Assembly: GCA_036170245.1 (NCBI GenBank)
Contig: JAVHOV010000008.1
Coordinates: 1-15,280 of the forward strand
Direction: 5' to 3'
From: an archaeon
Lineage (GTDB): Archaea > Iainarchaeota > Iainarchaeia > Iainarchaeales > JAAZKV01
Length of the DNA stretch: 15,280 bases
Shown here: piece by piece, positions 15,170-15,280 of the stretch
Position numbering within the stretch: position 1 is the first letter of the stretch
How the letters are laid out: each line of letters starts with the position of its first letter
Translations under genes and position numbers: made by a program
Notes under the pieces: model-generated
Database searches by the model: none
What the model was told of the DNA's origin: nothing
What the model saw: only the letters and a program-made list of their open reading frames with translations

Positions 15170-15280
15170 GTGGATAGTAAATTCTGGGTTTTTTTATTAA
15201 TTTCTTTGATAGTTTTGGCTGCGCCTGTATTTGCTTTAGATTCAAATAATAGTTATGGGTCATTTACATGCCCTGAATAT
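15170..15280 (+). CDS. 5' end of a putative secreted protein, truncated by the window edge (not in the ORF track)
   Basis: GTG 15170 is open to the window end: MDSKFWVFLLISLIVLAAPVFA|LDSNNSYGSFTCPEY, a classic signal peptide with a VFA cleavage site; GTGAG RBS at 15159-15163; TATA-like AACTCTTAAATA at 15125-15136. Confidence 0.7.
   Translation, partial: MDSKFWVFLLISLIVLAAPVFALDSNNSYGSFTCPEY

Noticed and set aside
1..15280. CRISPR array, IS element, prophage, DGR or defence system
   Set aside because: No spaced direct repeats, transposase, integrase, reverse transcriptase, template/variable repeat pair or nuclease motifs were seen by eye.

Overview
AT-rich, gene-dense chromosomal segment that reads as archaeal, most likely a DPANN-type archaeon (inference). 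Evidence for this: a form III RuBisCO, an intronless tRNA without encoded CCA, a class III (pilin-type) signal peptide protein, GGTGA-type ribosome binding sites and BRE/TATA-like boxes about 25-70 nt ahead of most genes. Gene order on the + strand: TPM-domain membrane protein, LemA, a basic 276-aa ORFan, a membrane-anchored beta-propeller protein, form III RuBisCO, a stand-alone EF-Tu domain II-like protein and an ECF S-component-like membrane protein. These are followed by an MBL-fold hydrolase (-), a PspC-domain protein that appears frameshifted in an A8 run, and tRNA-Asp(GTC). Next is a minus-strand block: small coiled-coil ORF, AmmeMemoRadiSam amrS-amrB-amrA and a degenerate PPC/DUF296 protein. 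The window ends with a pilin-like/LamG surface protein, a bacterial-type AspRS with non-discriminating signature residues, and the start of a secreted protein. I see no mobile element, CRISPR array or rRNA. The best candidate for an uncharacterised system is the amrSBA + His-less PPC block lying between tRNA-Asp and the bacterial-type aspS. This is a neighbourhood-based hypothesis, not a demonstrated system.
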